NCBI GenBank assembly: GCA_963729895.1
Contig: CAVSQB010000014.1
Location: 1-64,000, forward strand
Reading direction: 5' to 3'
Origin: an uncultured Fibrobacterota bacterium
Lineage (GTDB): Bacteria > Fibrobacterota > Chitinivibrionia > Chitinivibrionales > FEN-1185
DNA length: 64,000 nucleotides
The notes beneath the pieces were generated by a model. It worked only from the letters and a program-made list of their open reading frames with translations. It searched no databases and was not told where the DNA came from. The translations under genes and the position numbers were made by a program. Shown here one piece after another: positions 52,082 through 61,446 of the stretch (the first letter of the stretch is position 1; each line of letters opens with the position of its first letter).

Positions 52082-52194
52082 GAACAACCTCTCCGCTAAG
52101 GTCTATCCGCACAGTTGGAAAGGGAAAGAAAACCGTGCGGAAGTCCGGTCTTTCAGGCGCGACCCTATCTTTCCCTGTCAGAGAAAATAATTTC

Positions 52195-52505
52195 CTAACG
52201 CGCGACAATGATTCTCTGTTGCTTTATCCCCCTTGTTCCGTCTGTTATTTCTAGCACATATAAACCGTTTGATACCTCTTTCCCGAACCCATCCCTATAA
52301 TTCCAGCGGATAGCATTACCCTCGAAGGCTGAGGCTTTCATTTTGGCTACCATCTGACCTCTTACCGAAAATATGGTGACGCTGAGGTCTTGTCCGTGGT
52401 ATCCAGCGAACGAAATGATACATCCGTTGGCCGATCTTGTTACGCTTATGGACGGCTCAGCCGATGGTGCGGCGCGTTCGATAATTTTTGTTACCTTGAT
52501 GTCCA
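52195..52505 (-). pseudogene. C-terminal remnant of a secreted protein (FlgD/T9SS-like tail) cut by IS3
   Basis: VTIFSVRGQMV...WNYRDGFGKEVSNGLY. The frame runs into the IS end. Confidence 0.8.
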
Positions 52506-52508
52506 TGG

Positions 52509-53366
52509 CTATACCCCAATTACTTTCTCAGTCGAAATGGGAGTTTTCTCTTTGAATTGACCTCTGTATTCTTCAGGTGTTTTCCCCTTTAGTGATCCGT
52601 GTGGCCGTATCCGGTTGTAAATGTTCTTCCAATGTTCGATTATTCTTTCTGCGTCCTCTAATGAGATGAACCAGTTTTCATTCAAGCATTGGTCCCTGAA
52701 TATCGAATTGAATGATTCTACAAAAGCATTCTGGCTGGGCTTGCCGGGCTGAATGAATTCCTGCCTTACCTGGTTTCGTATTGCCCAGAGCATGAGTTCT
52801 TTGCTCCGGAATTCCGGGCCGTTATCAGTCAACAGAGCTTCCGGCTTTCCGTACCTGGCCACCAGGTGGTCTAGAACTTGGCAGACTCCTAGTGCTGGAA
52901 TAGAACGTGCTACCTTGATTGCAAGAGCCTCACGGGTGCAGTCATCGACAACATTCAGGCATTTCAGCTTGCGCTTGTCGGAAGTACTGTCGAATATGAA
53001 ATCCATTGACCAGCGACGGCTTGGCCGATCCGGCAGCGTCAACGGCATCCGTTGGCTATTGCGTTTCTGACGCCTCCTCCGCTTGCTTTTCTGAAGCGAT
53101 TCTTCCTTGTAGAGCCGATGCACACGTTTGTGATTTACTATGTACCCAAGGTTGCGGAGATACCAATAAAGCGTCGGAAAGCCCCATGAACGGAACGATG
53201 AAATGGTTTCATGCATTTTTGTTTTCAACTCGCTGTTCAAAGCCGATTCCTGCGGTCGATAGCGGTACCCTGCCGGTGTCATACCCAGAAGTCCGCATGC
53301 TTTCCGTTGACTCAGGCCTTGCCGCATTAGTGCGTCCACAGTCAGCCTACGCTGAGGACGCTTCAC
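52509..53366 (-). CDS. IS3 transposase OrfB (DDE)
   Basis: WSMDF, TDNGPEF and QNAFVESFN. Confidence 0.95.
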   Translation of the reverse strand: MKRPQRRLTVDALMRQGLSQRKACGLLGMTPAGYRYRPQESALNSELKTKMHETISSFRSWGFPTLYWYLRNLGYIVNHKRVHRLYKEESLQKSKRRRRQKRNSQRMPLTLPDRPSRRWSMDFIFDSTSDKRKLKCLNVVDDCTREALAIKVARSIPALGVCQVLDHLVARYGKPEALLTDNGPEFRSKELMLWAIRNQVRQEFIQPGKPSQNAFVESFNSIFRDQCLNENWFISLEDAERIIEHWKNIYNRIRPHGSLKGKTPEEYRGQFKEKTPISTEKVIGV

Positions 53367-53629
53367 TATTTTCTTTGCAGCACTTCCTTCATTGCATCGA
53401 TCTGAAGTGCCTGGTCTGCAACAATCCGCTTGAGCCGGCTGTTTTCGCCCTCGATCTCCTTCATCCTTTTCAGATCAGAGAGCTCAAGTCCGCTGTATTT
53501 GCTCTTCCAACGGAAGTACGTGTTCTCTGAAATACCATATTGACGACAAAGATCAGCGACTTTGGCTCCGCGGTCGCCCTCTTGCAGGATCCGAAAAATC
53601 TGCTCTTCACTGTAGCGCTTGCCTTTCAT
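53366..53629 (-). CDS. IS3 transposase OrfA
   Basis: RYSEEQI..LCRQYGIS..T..RWKSKY plus leucine zipper. Confidence 0.95.
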   Translation of the reverse strand: MKGKRYSEEQIFRILQEGDRGAKVADLCRQYGISENTYFRWKSKYSGLELSDLKRMKEIEGENSRLKRIVADQALQIDAMKEVLQRK

Positions 53630-53764
53630 GAGTCCTCCTAGTTAGTTTAAAATAACTCGGAAAACTCCCTTCTCAAATGAGCAAGTTTTCGGGGGTATAG
53701 CCACTAGCAATTTTGCAAATGCGCATTGTCTCAAGAGAACAAGATTGTTCCATTGGTTGCCCAA

Positions 53765-55432
53765 TCAGAAGTACAGACCGCCGTACACTTGGAATATGGA
53801 CGCGCCTCGAAAATCGTAATCGTACTTTACATTGACACGAAAAAGACCGAATTGGTCCAATTTCCAGTACACTCCCAGCCGGGTTACAGTCTGGGTTCCG
53901 GGCCCCAGGAACACTTTTTTGGGAGAATCGGGATGCGCGGAACCCGAGTCCTGGAACACGTCGCGAATGGAGCCGCCACGCGCACTCGGATCGGTCCGCT
54001 CGTTTGTGAACTCAAGCCCCACCGTGCTCTTCCTTGTGATTCTTCCCTCCAACAGCAGCCACAGGAGGTCGAAATCCGGGCCAAGGGGTGCTCCAAGACA
54101 CACGTTGTAGTTGTCATAGCGCTCGGCGCCGCCGTAAAAATGTGTGTAGACCCACGGCTCAACACGGCTGTATTCGACCGATGCGGTCACATCGCGCTCG
54201 AAGGCCGTTCCGAAATATTGGCACCCGAAGGTGCCCGCAAGTTTGTTTCCCCAGTCATTGCTGAACATGGTCCACGGCGCGGTCATGTCGTCGATGAACC
54301 ATTCAAAGTACCACCGGAAATTGTCCGGAAGAGAAAGATTGAAATCGAGCGAGATGTTCTTGTTGTCTCGAAGCCCGCCTATCAGGTGCTCAACCGCAAG
54401 GTATGGCACAAAGGGAATCATGTACGGGATTTCCCAATCCCGGCTTTGGCCGTAGTAGGACGGTTGAAGCGCGTTCGCAGAGTCGGGCCTGGTGTCCGGT
54501 TCGTCCGTTGTGCTTCCGCTGATAACGTTCTCGGTCAACCCGATATCAAAACGCGATGAAAAAAGCGGTATGTCGATCCGATGCATGTAAAAATATTTTG
54601 CCTTGTCAACTTCGCTCTGAAGTAAACCGAATGCCTGCACGTAGGTGAGTATGCCGAACGCAACTTGACCCCTCACATACGTTTCCGGCGGGGCAAAGCC
54701 CGAAAAGGTCAAGGGACTTTCGACGCTGGGACCGTCTTTGAGCCGGTCTACCGATGCTTCGAGCCGGATCGGTCCCTGCATAAAGTTTACTCCGCCGCGG
54801 GGAATATCTGAGGAACGGACATGGCTTGAATCGGCACGGCCATACAGATTATACGGCACGCCGTCATACGGCTGATAAGAGCTTTGATGATACATCGTGT
54901 CGGAACGGTAATCGGTCCACACATCAAGGTTGCCATAAAAGGAAAGGTTTGCCACGTTCGCATAGAGCGACGGACTGGCGGTCCCCCGAACGAATCCCGC
55001 CGACTTATCTCCAAAGGAGGCGCTGTTTGTGTCGGTCAAAGCCAGCCGGACGTTCACATGCGCATCTTGCCGCTTCGATTTCCATTTGAACAAACCGTAA
55101 TCCGCCGAAACCTGCCTGCGCAGGTCGTTGGCGTCGGCGGTCTCGGACGGACTGAGCCGGCCTGCCCTGCCGAGGGAATCGGCTTTGTCAAGAAACCCGA
55201 GGACATCGCAGACCGTCATGGGCTGGGCAAAAAACGCCGGCGGCGGGGGAACGTGGTAACGCGAGGAAATGCGGTAGAAAAAGGCATCAATGGTCGGATC
55301 ATTCTTCACGTTCGGGCAGTATTCAGCAAGAACAGTAACTGCCACAAAAACGGCAAACAGGAAAGCAGGATGCCACCCCACATTCCGTTTTCGCGAACGC
55401 GGTTTGGAGTTCAGCGGGAACAATTCTTTCAT
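53765..55432 (-). CDS. outer-membrane beta-barrel protein, capsule-assembly Wzi-like
   Basis: Signal-like segment, helical N-terminus, HRID, IDD, EYSRVEPWVY, LGAPLGPD, terminal F. Confidence 0.7.
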   Translation of the reverse strand: MKELFPLNSKPRSRKRNVGWHPAFLFAVFVAVTVLAEYCPNVKNDPTIDAFFYRISSRYHVPPPPAFFAQPMTVCDVLGFLDKADSLGRAGRLSPSETADANDLRRQVSADYGLFKWKSKRQDAHVNVRLALTDTNSASFGDKSAGFVRGTASPSLYANVANLSFYGNLDVWTDYRSDTMYHQSSYQPYDGVPYNLYGRADSSHVRSSDIPRGGVNFMQGPIRLEASVDRLKDGPSVESPLTFSGFAPPETYVRGQVAFGILTYVQAFGLLQSEVDKAKYFYMHRIDIPLFSSRFDIGLTENVISGSTTDEPDTRPDSANALQPSYYGQSRDWEIPYMIPFVPYLAVEHLIGGLRDNKNISLDFNLSLPDNFRWYFEWFIDDMTAPWTMFSNDWGNKLAGTFGCQYFGTAFERDVTASVEYSRVEPWVYTHFYGGAERYDNYNVCLGAPLGPDFDLLWLLLEGRITRKSTVGLEFTNERTDPSARGGSIRDVFQDSGSAHPDSPKKVFLGPGTQTVTRLGVYWKLDQFGLFRVNVKYDYDFRGASIFQVYGGLYF

Positions 55433-55753
55433 GCTTCACTTCGCTCCGGAATACCTACGGCCGTTTTATCCTGCAAGGCCTCTGGCTCCATTGAAAATAA
55501 TTGGTGGAACGACCCCCGTTTTGCCACCCGGTCTGGAGAATCTCTTCGACAATGCCTCAACCGGGCCTCCGATTGCCGGAACCGCCTCGAATACAGGCCT
55601 GGCTGGAATTTCATGGTAACCATGCCAAATATTATTGATCTAATATATTGTGGATGGGGACAAATATTATTTTAGAATACATTTGACCGAGGTCTGGAGC
55701 TTGCGTTGGTTGCGGGAAGGGTCTTCTCAAATAAATTTTCGAGGGAGGTTCCT

Positions 55754-56344
55754 ATGATTCTTTTCAAAACAAATTTTAGAGCCGGAATTCTTACCAACAT
55801 GTTCAGGGGAGCGGTTCTTCTCATTGCGTTCGGATTTCAAGCAGGATTTTGTCAGAATAACGTTTGCGCCGTGCATGTCGACGCCAATGGCGTAATGACT
55901 TCCATGACCGTTACCAATCCTCTCACATCACTGCAAATCGAAAAAGAATTCAATTTTGATGTTGACAACCAAGGCAATCCTACAAAAGGGATCGTCACGT
56001 TTAAGAAAAGCATGTATTACGGGGAAGTCCAACGCGACCTTAAAGCCCCTATGGAGCTGAACCTCATGTGGGAGCAGTTCGGAGGACCCCAGGAATTTTG
56101 GAACAATGCGGAAAAAAACGGGAAAATCATTTCGTACACTTCCATGGAAAATCTTCCGAATGAGGTTTACGGCAAGAAAGTGCGTCTGTTTCTTAAAGAC
56201 CCTTCGACGGCGCATATGACGGACTATTTTGGGATTTTGTCACTGTCGGCTTCCCATCCCGAACGAGTCATGCTCAATACGGGCGGGGCGCAACCGCTGC
56301 AATTAGACAAAACACTTATCCGTGAAATCCAGCGGCTTAAGTAA
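55754..56344 (+). CDS. hypothetical secreted protein
   Basis: GGAGG RBS, signal peptide, paralog of 56724..57293. Confidence 0.75.
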   Translation: MILFKTNFRAGILTNMFRGAVLLIAFGFQAGFCQNNVCAVHVDANGVMTSMTVTNPLTSLQIEKEFNFDVDNQGNPTKGIVTFKKSMYYGEVQRDLKAPMELNLMWEQFGGPQEFWNNAEKNGKIISYTSMENLPNEVYGKKVRLFLKDPSTAHMTDYFGILSLSASHPERVMLNTGGAQPLQLDKTLIREIQRLK

Positions 56345-56723
56345 ACTCTCACCAAGGTTGAGGGGTTTTATGAATTTTTACAAGCTTGCCTTCACTGCGG
56401 TGGCGATTCCTGCTTTGTTCCTCGGCGTAAATGCCGCAATCCCGACCGGTTATCTCTGGATCATGACCGAATCGCGGTTCCTCTTTACACGGTAATGACG
56501 ATCTCAAAGTGACAGGGAGGGCAGATCAAAGATCTCTTCCTGTCACTCTTCCCGCCGGAATTTTCGAACACCGATAGAAATGCCGTTAAACACAGACTGG
56601 TGCGCGTCCAAGAAATTAGCTTAGAAACCGGAAAAACGCGAAACCTTTTCGAGTCAGGTGCCGTCCAACATAAGAGCATCAAGCAATCTCTGCTGAAAAA
56701 AGACCTCAATCAAGGGAGCTCTT

Positions 56724-57293
56724 GTGCCATGCGCTGGTTTTAACCAGGTGACAAGGATAGCTGCAATAGCGCTGCTCACTTTACTTTCAGGATATTCACG
56801 TGCAGGACAAATTAACCTAAATGGGTGGGAGATTGCAACAGACACGCAGGGAACAATTACTTCAATGACATTCCGGAAACCCCAAACAACCCTAAAAATC
56901 GAATCGTTCCTCACCTTTGTGCTTGGAGACGGTTCCATTCCTCACAACGGGTCCATTTTGTTTTTGAATGGCTATAGTCGAAAGATGTTGAGCGGAGGCC
57001 GTAAAGGGGGTGAGGTGAAGTACTACTGGGACTTGTGCAATGGATTTCAAACGGTATGGGAGTACTATCGCTCCATCAATCGTGTGAGCACGCTCAAAGA
57101 CAATGATTGGCAGAACTTTCTAGGCCGATTTTGCCGCATTGAAACCGCAAACGGGGATAAGTTCTTCGGCATAGTTTCGGCGCACGGCTTGCACGATACG
57201 ATCTTCGTTACCATAGACAATGCGCAAGCCGGTCCGATTCCATTACTCGCGAAGGATTGTCGGTCAATTCAGCGTCTGATCATTATCCGCTAG
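56724..57293 (+). CDS. hypothetical secreted protein, paralog of 55754..56344
   Basis: Shared D..G..TSMT...P.T.L.IE block and C-terminal FGI.S...IQRL. Confidence 0.7.
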   Translation: MPCAGFNQVTRIAAIALLTLLSGYSRAGQINLNGWEIATDTQGTITSMTFRKPQTTLKIESFLTFVLGDGSIPHNGSILFLNGYSRKMLSGGRKGGEVKYYWDLCNGFQTVWEYYRSINRVSTLKDNDWQNFLGRFCRIETANGDKFFGIVSAHGLHDTIFVTIDNAQAGPIPLLAKDCRSIQRLIIIR

Positions 57294-57517
57294 TCTGCAT
57301 CACAAGGTCTTGGAAAGCGATCTCGCGTGATCTTGATGTCTGCCTTGTATTCCCTGTCAACAATGAAAATCTTGACATTTGCTTCGAGGTCCTCATTGAC
57401 GAGTTCTCCACCGGCAATAATCTGCGCATTCATCTCCTTGTAGGGTTGGTCCACAAAACAGACCTTGTAGTCCGCCTTGTAATGCTGGTCAACGATAAAT
57501 ACCTTCGCCATTGCCAT
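57290..57517 (-). CDS. small protein with internal K[VI]F[IF]VD..YKAD repeats (DUF6150-like)
   Basis: AAGGAG RBS and three repeat units. Confidence 0.7.
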   Translation of the reverse strand: MAMAKVFIVDQHYKADYKVCFVDQPYKEMNAQIIAGGELVNEDLEANVKIFIVDREYKADIKITRDRFPRPCDAD

Positions 57518-57604
57518 GCCGATGCTCCTTTTGTTGCAGGGCGCGATCATTCCTTCGGAAAGGACATCGCGGCAACACGTTCCGGCTCGCCGTTCCTGGT
57601 GTTC

Positions 57605-58093
57605 TCATTTGTTCTTGAAGTCGTAGACAATATATTCGGGAGGAACTCGAAAAGAGCCGTCAGGATTCTTGTGTCCCGTAAAATTCGGCGGCAATCGCTG
57701 AGCATAGGCAGCGGGAAGAATACCGTAATATCTGAATTGCGCCGACACGAATGTGCAGGTACTTGTTCCCGTTATTTGTTGCACTCCGCTAAAAGTGAAT
57801 AGGCTTTTGTTCGGCAGCGTGAAATGATACGGTATCTTGACTACTGCTGTGTCAATCGCATACGGCAATTCCCTGCCGGGTTGAACATAGAGAGCCAGCG
57901 ATAGTGATCCATAACATTTTGCGTCAGCGTCAACGTGAAAATTCCTGGTTGAACAATTGTTGGAATCTGTATTTAGGACTGCAACGGTAACCACCATTCC
58001 ATAGGTGGGTTGTGCACGGAACGTGGAATCCGAATCATTTGATTGAGCAACGGCACAAGAAACCAGCACAAGAACAAAATGCAATTTCTTCAT
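57605..58093 (-). CDS. hypothetical secreted protein
   Basis: AAGGAG RBS and MKK signal peptide. Confidence 0.75.
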   Translation of the reverse strand: MKKLHFVLVLVSCAVAQSNDSDSTFRAQPTYGMVVTVAVLNTDSNNCSTRNFHVDADAKCYGSLSLALYVQPGRELPYAIDTAVVKIPYHFTLPNKSLFTFSGVQQITGTSTCTFVSAQFRYYGILPAAYAQRLPPNFTGHKNPDGSFRVPPEYIVYDFKNK

Positions 58094-58144
58094 GCAGCTC
58101 GCTCCTTTTCGTCACGAACAAGACTCCTGCGCGTCACCTTGCAA

Positions 58145-58807
58145 TCAATCGCGGACACACCGGATACTAAAACCGTAGTTCTCATAATAGTCGCGGCGGA
58201 AAACATCGGCGTTGCTGTAGTACATGCTGCGGAACCACGAAAAGGTCGTGTCGCTTGCCGTAGACGACCACCAGCCGCCGTAACCGCGAACGTAATGGAA
58301 TGTGCCGTCATACCCGCGGTAACCGGCCGGGAGCGCGGAAAATCCGGCTGAATTTGTGGCGCCGGTGTTGGGAGTTATCCAATGTTTCGTGCCGGCCTCC
58401 TTCAACTTGCCGCCTGCCACGGCTTCACCGCCAAGGAATGAGGTAAGTGTGCTCCATTCCTGGTCTGTCGGTACGTGCCAGCCTTTGGGAGCAAGCCTCT
58501 TTGTATCCACGGCGTACCAGTTGTAGAGCGCCCCGAATTTTTTGATAGTGTCGCCATCGGTCGTGTTGTTGTAATAGCAGTATCCGGGACCAGTAAGATT
58601 CCCCCATGCCGCGCTGTCTTTTGCAAGAGGAATAGACGAGCCGTCATTATACTTGGTTGTTCTCAAGTTCTCCGCTGTCCAGACCTGGCCTCCTATTTTT
58701 ACGGTATGGTATATATTTCCATCAGCATCCATTACCGTATCGCCGCTTTGCGCCATGCACACCGATACTGCCAATAAACCTGGCAATAACAAGTTAAAAA
58801 TATTCAT
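58145..58807 (-). CDS. FISUMP (Fibrobacter succinogenes major paralogous domain) protein
   Basis: YHTVKIGGQVW.AENL, GALYNW, PKGWHVPT, GFSALPAG and GFSIRCVRD. Confidence 0.92.
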   Translation of the reverse strand: MNIFNLLLPGLLAVSVCMAQSGDTVMDADGNIYHTVKIGGQVWTAENLRTTKYNDGSSIPLAKDSAAWGNLTGPGYCYYNNTTDGDTIKKFGALYNWYAVDTKRLAPKGWHVPTDQEWSTLTSFLGGEAVAGGKLKEAGTKHWITPNTGATNSAGFSALPAGYRGYDGTFHYVRGYGGWWSSTASDTTFSWFRSMYYSNADVFRRDYYENYGFSIRCVRD

Positions 58808-59358
58808 GGAATACCTTCTTCTTGTGTCATTACTGAGTCTCTGGAGCAAAAGTCCCCTCCGGGAACTCGTTTGCTTTCATGCCTTTACTGTGTTTGACGA
58901 AAGAATTGACCCGCCGGTTTCCGTTTTTCTTGTCAATTGCATGAACTCGCGCAACGACCGCTTTTCCTTACCCATGACTCACGCCTACAACACTTCCCCC
59001 TCCAAAGAAGGACGCAATTGTGGTGCCTATGTATTCGGAAACAAGGGGAACCAATCCCATAAAGCCTTTGGTTGAACAGCAATGACCTTCCTGTTGCGAT
59101 TGAAGTTTGGTGTGAAGAACCCCCGCGCCACCACGACTATACCTGCATACAACCCTACAGGAGTAGCCGCGCAAGCGAACTCACGGGGAATGGCGGGCTG
59201 TGGCATTCAATTTGCGGCATTTGTATTCGTTGGACGGCACCTGCGATTGCAACGACGCGCCGCTTGTATCGAACGCAAGAATTTCCGTGTGAGGCAATTA
59301 GTTGTTGTGAGGCTCGTCGCAGTACACGAATTCTTAACAAAAATCAGGAAGACCCGCA

Positions 59359-60246
59359 GTGGAAGAATGTTCCCCTCTCCAGTGGCTCGCTTTCGGGCTT
59401 CTTGTTCTCGCAGCGCCTCTTTGGGTGTCTGCAGAATCCCTCGACACGGGTGATGAGCCGGACAAAAGCGGCTACACTTTCTTGAATCGCACCCCGGTCG
59501 AGCAGATGCGCGAGTTATCTGCGGACAGGCCCGACAAGACGGATTGCCCTTTCACCGTGGACGCGGGACACTTCCAGGTGGAAATGGATTTTGCAAACCT
59601 CACCTATGCTACGCCAAATTCCGTACGAGGCAATGTAAGGTCGGAAGGTTTTCAGATCGCGCCGATGAACCTCAAGGTCGGCATGGTTAACAATTTAGAC
59701 TTCCAACTTGTTCTGATGCCCTACCAGTTGGAACTCACCAAGGACGAGGGCTCGGGCGCGGTCCAGCAAAAATCCGGTTTCGGCGACATTACTCCGCGTG
59801 TCAAGGTAAACCTCACCGGCAACGAAGGCGGTTTTTTTTCTCTGGCGCTTATTCCATTTGTGAAAATACCGACGAATCAGGACCACCTCGGCAACCGCGC
59901 GGTGGAAGGCGGATTGGGAATTCCCTTTGCCTTCGACGTCCCCGGTTGGGACGCGGGGTTTCAAACCACATTTAATTGTGTACAAAACGATGCAGGAAGC
60001 GGCTATCACGCCGAATTCGCCAACTCCGTCAGCGTCGGCCACGCCGTTATCGGCAATGTTTCATTTCATGGAGAGTTTTTCGGCAGCGTAAGTACCGAGG
60101 AGAATTCCCACTGGATCGGCACGTTCGACACTTGGTTTACGTATCAAGCCAACAAGAACCTTTGTCTTGACGCAGGGGTTTACATAGGCGCAACGCAGGC
60201 AGCCGATAACTGGCATCCGTGGGCAGGAATGACGTGGCGCGACTGA
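59359..60246 (+). CDS. outer-membrane 'transporter' (MetA-pathway/CoxB-like beta-barrel)
   Basis: ADRPD.T..PFTVDAGHFQVE, SGFGD and KIPT. Confidence 0.82.
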   Translation: MEECSPLQWLAFGLLVLAAPLWVSAESLDTGDEPDKSGYTFLNRTPVEQMRELSADRPDKTDCPFTVDAGHFQVEMDFANLTYATPNSVRGNVRSEGFQIAPMNLKVGMVNNLDFQLVLMPYQLELTKDEGSGAVQQKSGFGDITPRVKVNLTGNEGGFFSLALIPFVKIPTNQDHLGNRAVEGGLGIPFAFDVPGWDAGFQTTFNCVQNDAGSGYHAEFANSVSVGHAVIGNVSFHGEFFGSVSTEENSHWIGTFDTWFTYQANKNLCLDAGVYIGATQAADNWHPWAGMTWRD

Positions 60247-60299
60247 TTGGAAGTAAGCAAGAATACGGCCCACCACGGAGTCGCCGCAATTCGGCCGGC

Positions 60300-61349
60300 C
60301 TACCGGTCGAGCACTATCCCCGAAGCGTGCACAATCCCGACAAGAGACCGCAGTTTTAGAAAATACAGCCCGTTTGCCGCCGGTGTTCCGCTTTGTGAAG
60401 TACCGTTCCACACAACGGAGTACCCGCCGGACACCGCCGGCGTCAGACGCTTCACGAAGCGGCCGCCAACATCATATACCGTTGCGCCGGCAATGGGAAC
60501 CGACGAGGATATCAGGTACAATGGGGACGCACCGGTTCTTCGCACAACCACGGAAAAATCTTGGGCACCAATTGCCGGCGGCAAGAACCTTACGGCCGTG
60601 CCCTCACGAGACAGCAGTACGATTTCCGAATCGGAAAGAATGCGGTTATACAGCCGAATGTCGTCCAATAGGCCGCAATAGCATTGTGTGGCGGTCCAGA
60701 TATCGGTACCGAAATAGGTGGTCTTGTTATTGGTGGAGAGCTTTGCGCCCGACAGGGTTGCGGTCGCCGATCCTCGCAACGCGCCGTCCACGTAGAACGA
60801 AAACGCCGGTTTTTCCCATTTCAGAGTCGTATTGTGCCAACCATCAAGCGACAAACTGCATGGAAGGCTCAAGAACTGGGTATCCGTATTGTTGCTTGTT
60901 ATTGCCATTGCCTGCAGAAACGCAAACGGATTCCCGCCTACATCCTGCCGGGCGGAAAGATACAGCATCACTTCACGATGCATGCCGGTATTGGATCTTC
61001 CATAGCAGTCAAGGATGCATTCGGAATCCGAGTATCTCCTCGTGCAACCGCCGGCATCGTACCATATGCTGATCGTGGAGCTGTCTGTCGGCAGGTTCCA
61101 CGAGGATTTGTTGGGAATTACAACGTAATCGCAATTGCCTGCAAAATTACCGGCAAGGCCTTGCCCGGGACGGCCGGCTACAAACGGATCCGCGATGGTT
61201 GTGTACAATTTTCCGTCATTGAGGGCATGGCCGGTCGAGTCGTTAACATTGCCTTCGAACGCGTAGTAGGCAGAAAGCCCGCTCGTGGGGACTTGACCAA
61301 AGGCAAGCCCAACCAGACCAAAGACGACTACCATGGACTTTGATGCCAT
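60300..61349 (-). CDS. secreted LamG/ConA-like protein with FlgD/T9SS-like C-terminal domain
   Basis: GLSAYYAFEGN, WH, GLLDDIRLYNR.LS and VYDVGGRFVK..WNG....NGLY. Confidence 0.85.
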   Translation of the reverse strand: MASKSMVVVFGLVGLAFGQVPTSGLSAYYAFEGNVNDSTGHALNDGKLYTTIADPFVAGRPGQGLAGNFAGNCDYVVIPNKSSWNLPTDSSTISIWYDAGGCTRRYSDSECILDCYGRSNTGMHREVMLYLSARQDVGGNPFAFLQAMAITSNNTDTQFLSLPCSLSLDGWHNTTLKWEKPAFSFYVDGALRGSATATLSGAKLSTNNKTTYFGTDIWTATQCYCGLLDDIRLYNRILSDSEIVLLSREGTAVRFLPPAIGAQDFSVVVRRTGASPLYLISSSVPIAGATVYDVGGRFVKRLTPAVSGGYSVVWNGTSQSGTPAANGLYFLKLRSLVGIVHASGIVLDR

Positions 61350-61446
61350 AGACATCCACAACATAATTGAAAATGGCTTTCAAACTTAGGGAAATACGTT
61401 GGACGACTGCCTAACATTTGCCGTTTGCGGCCTGCGTCCGGCTTGG

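Larger units (their letters stand above)
49024..52190 (-). mobile_element. integrative element core (int-xis-rep-HTH). Right boundary uncertain.
   Basis: Gene order next to the tRNA fragment and lower GC than the core. Confidence 0.7.
52506..53703 (-). mobile_element. IS3-family insertion sequence, complete (1198 bp)
   Basis: TG...CA termini with imperfect IRs TGGCTATACCCC...GGGAGTTTTC, enclosing orfA and orfB. Confidence 0.95.

Noticed and set aside
58145..58330. FISUMP C-terminus as a diversity-generating retroelement variable region
   Set aside because: No template repeat differing at adenines and no reverse transcriptase is visible in the window.
58850..59358. Short overlapping ORFs between the FISUMP and transporter genes
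   Set aside because: No RBS, motif or codon support. Probably non-coding or decayed.
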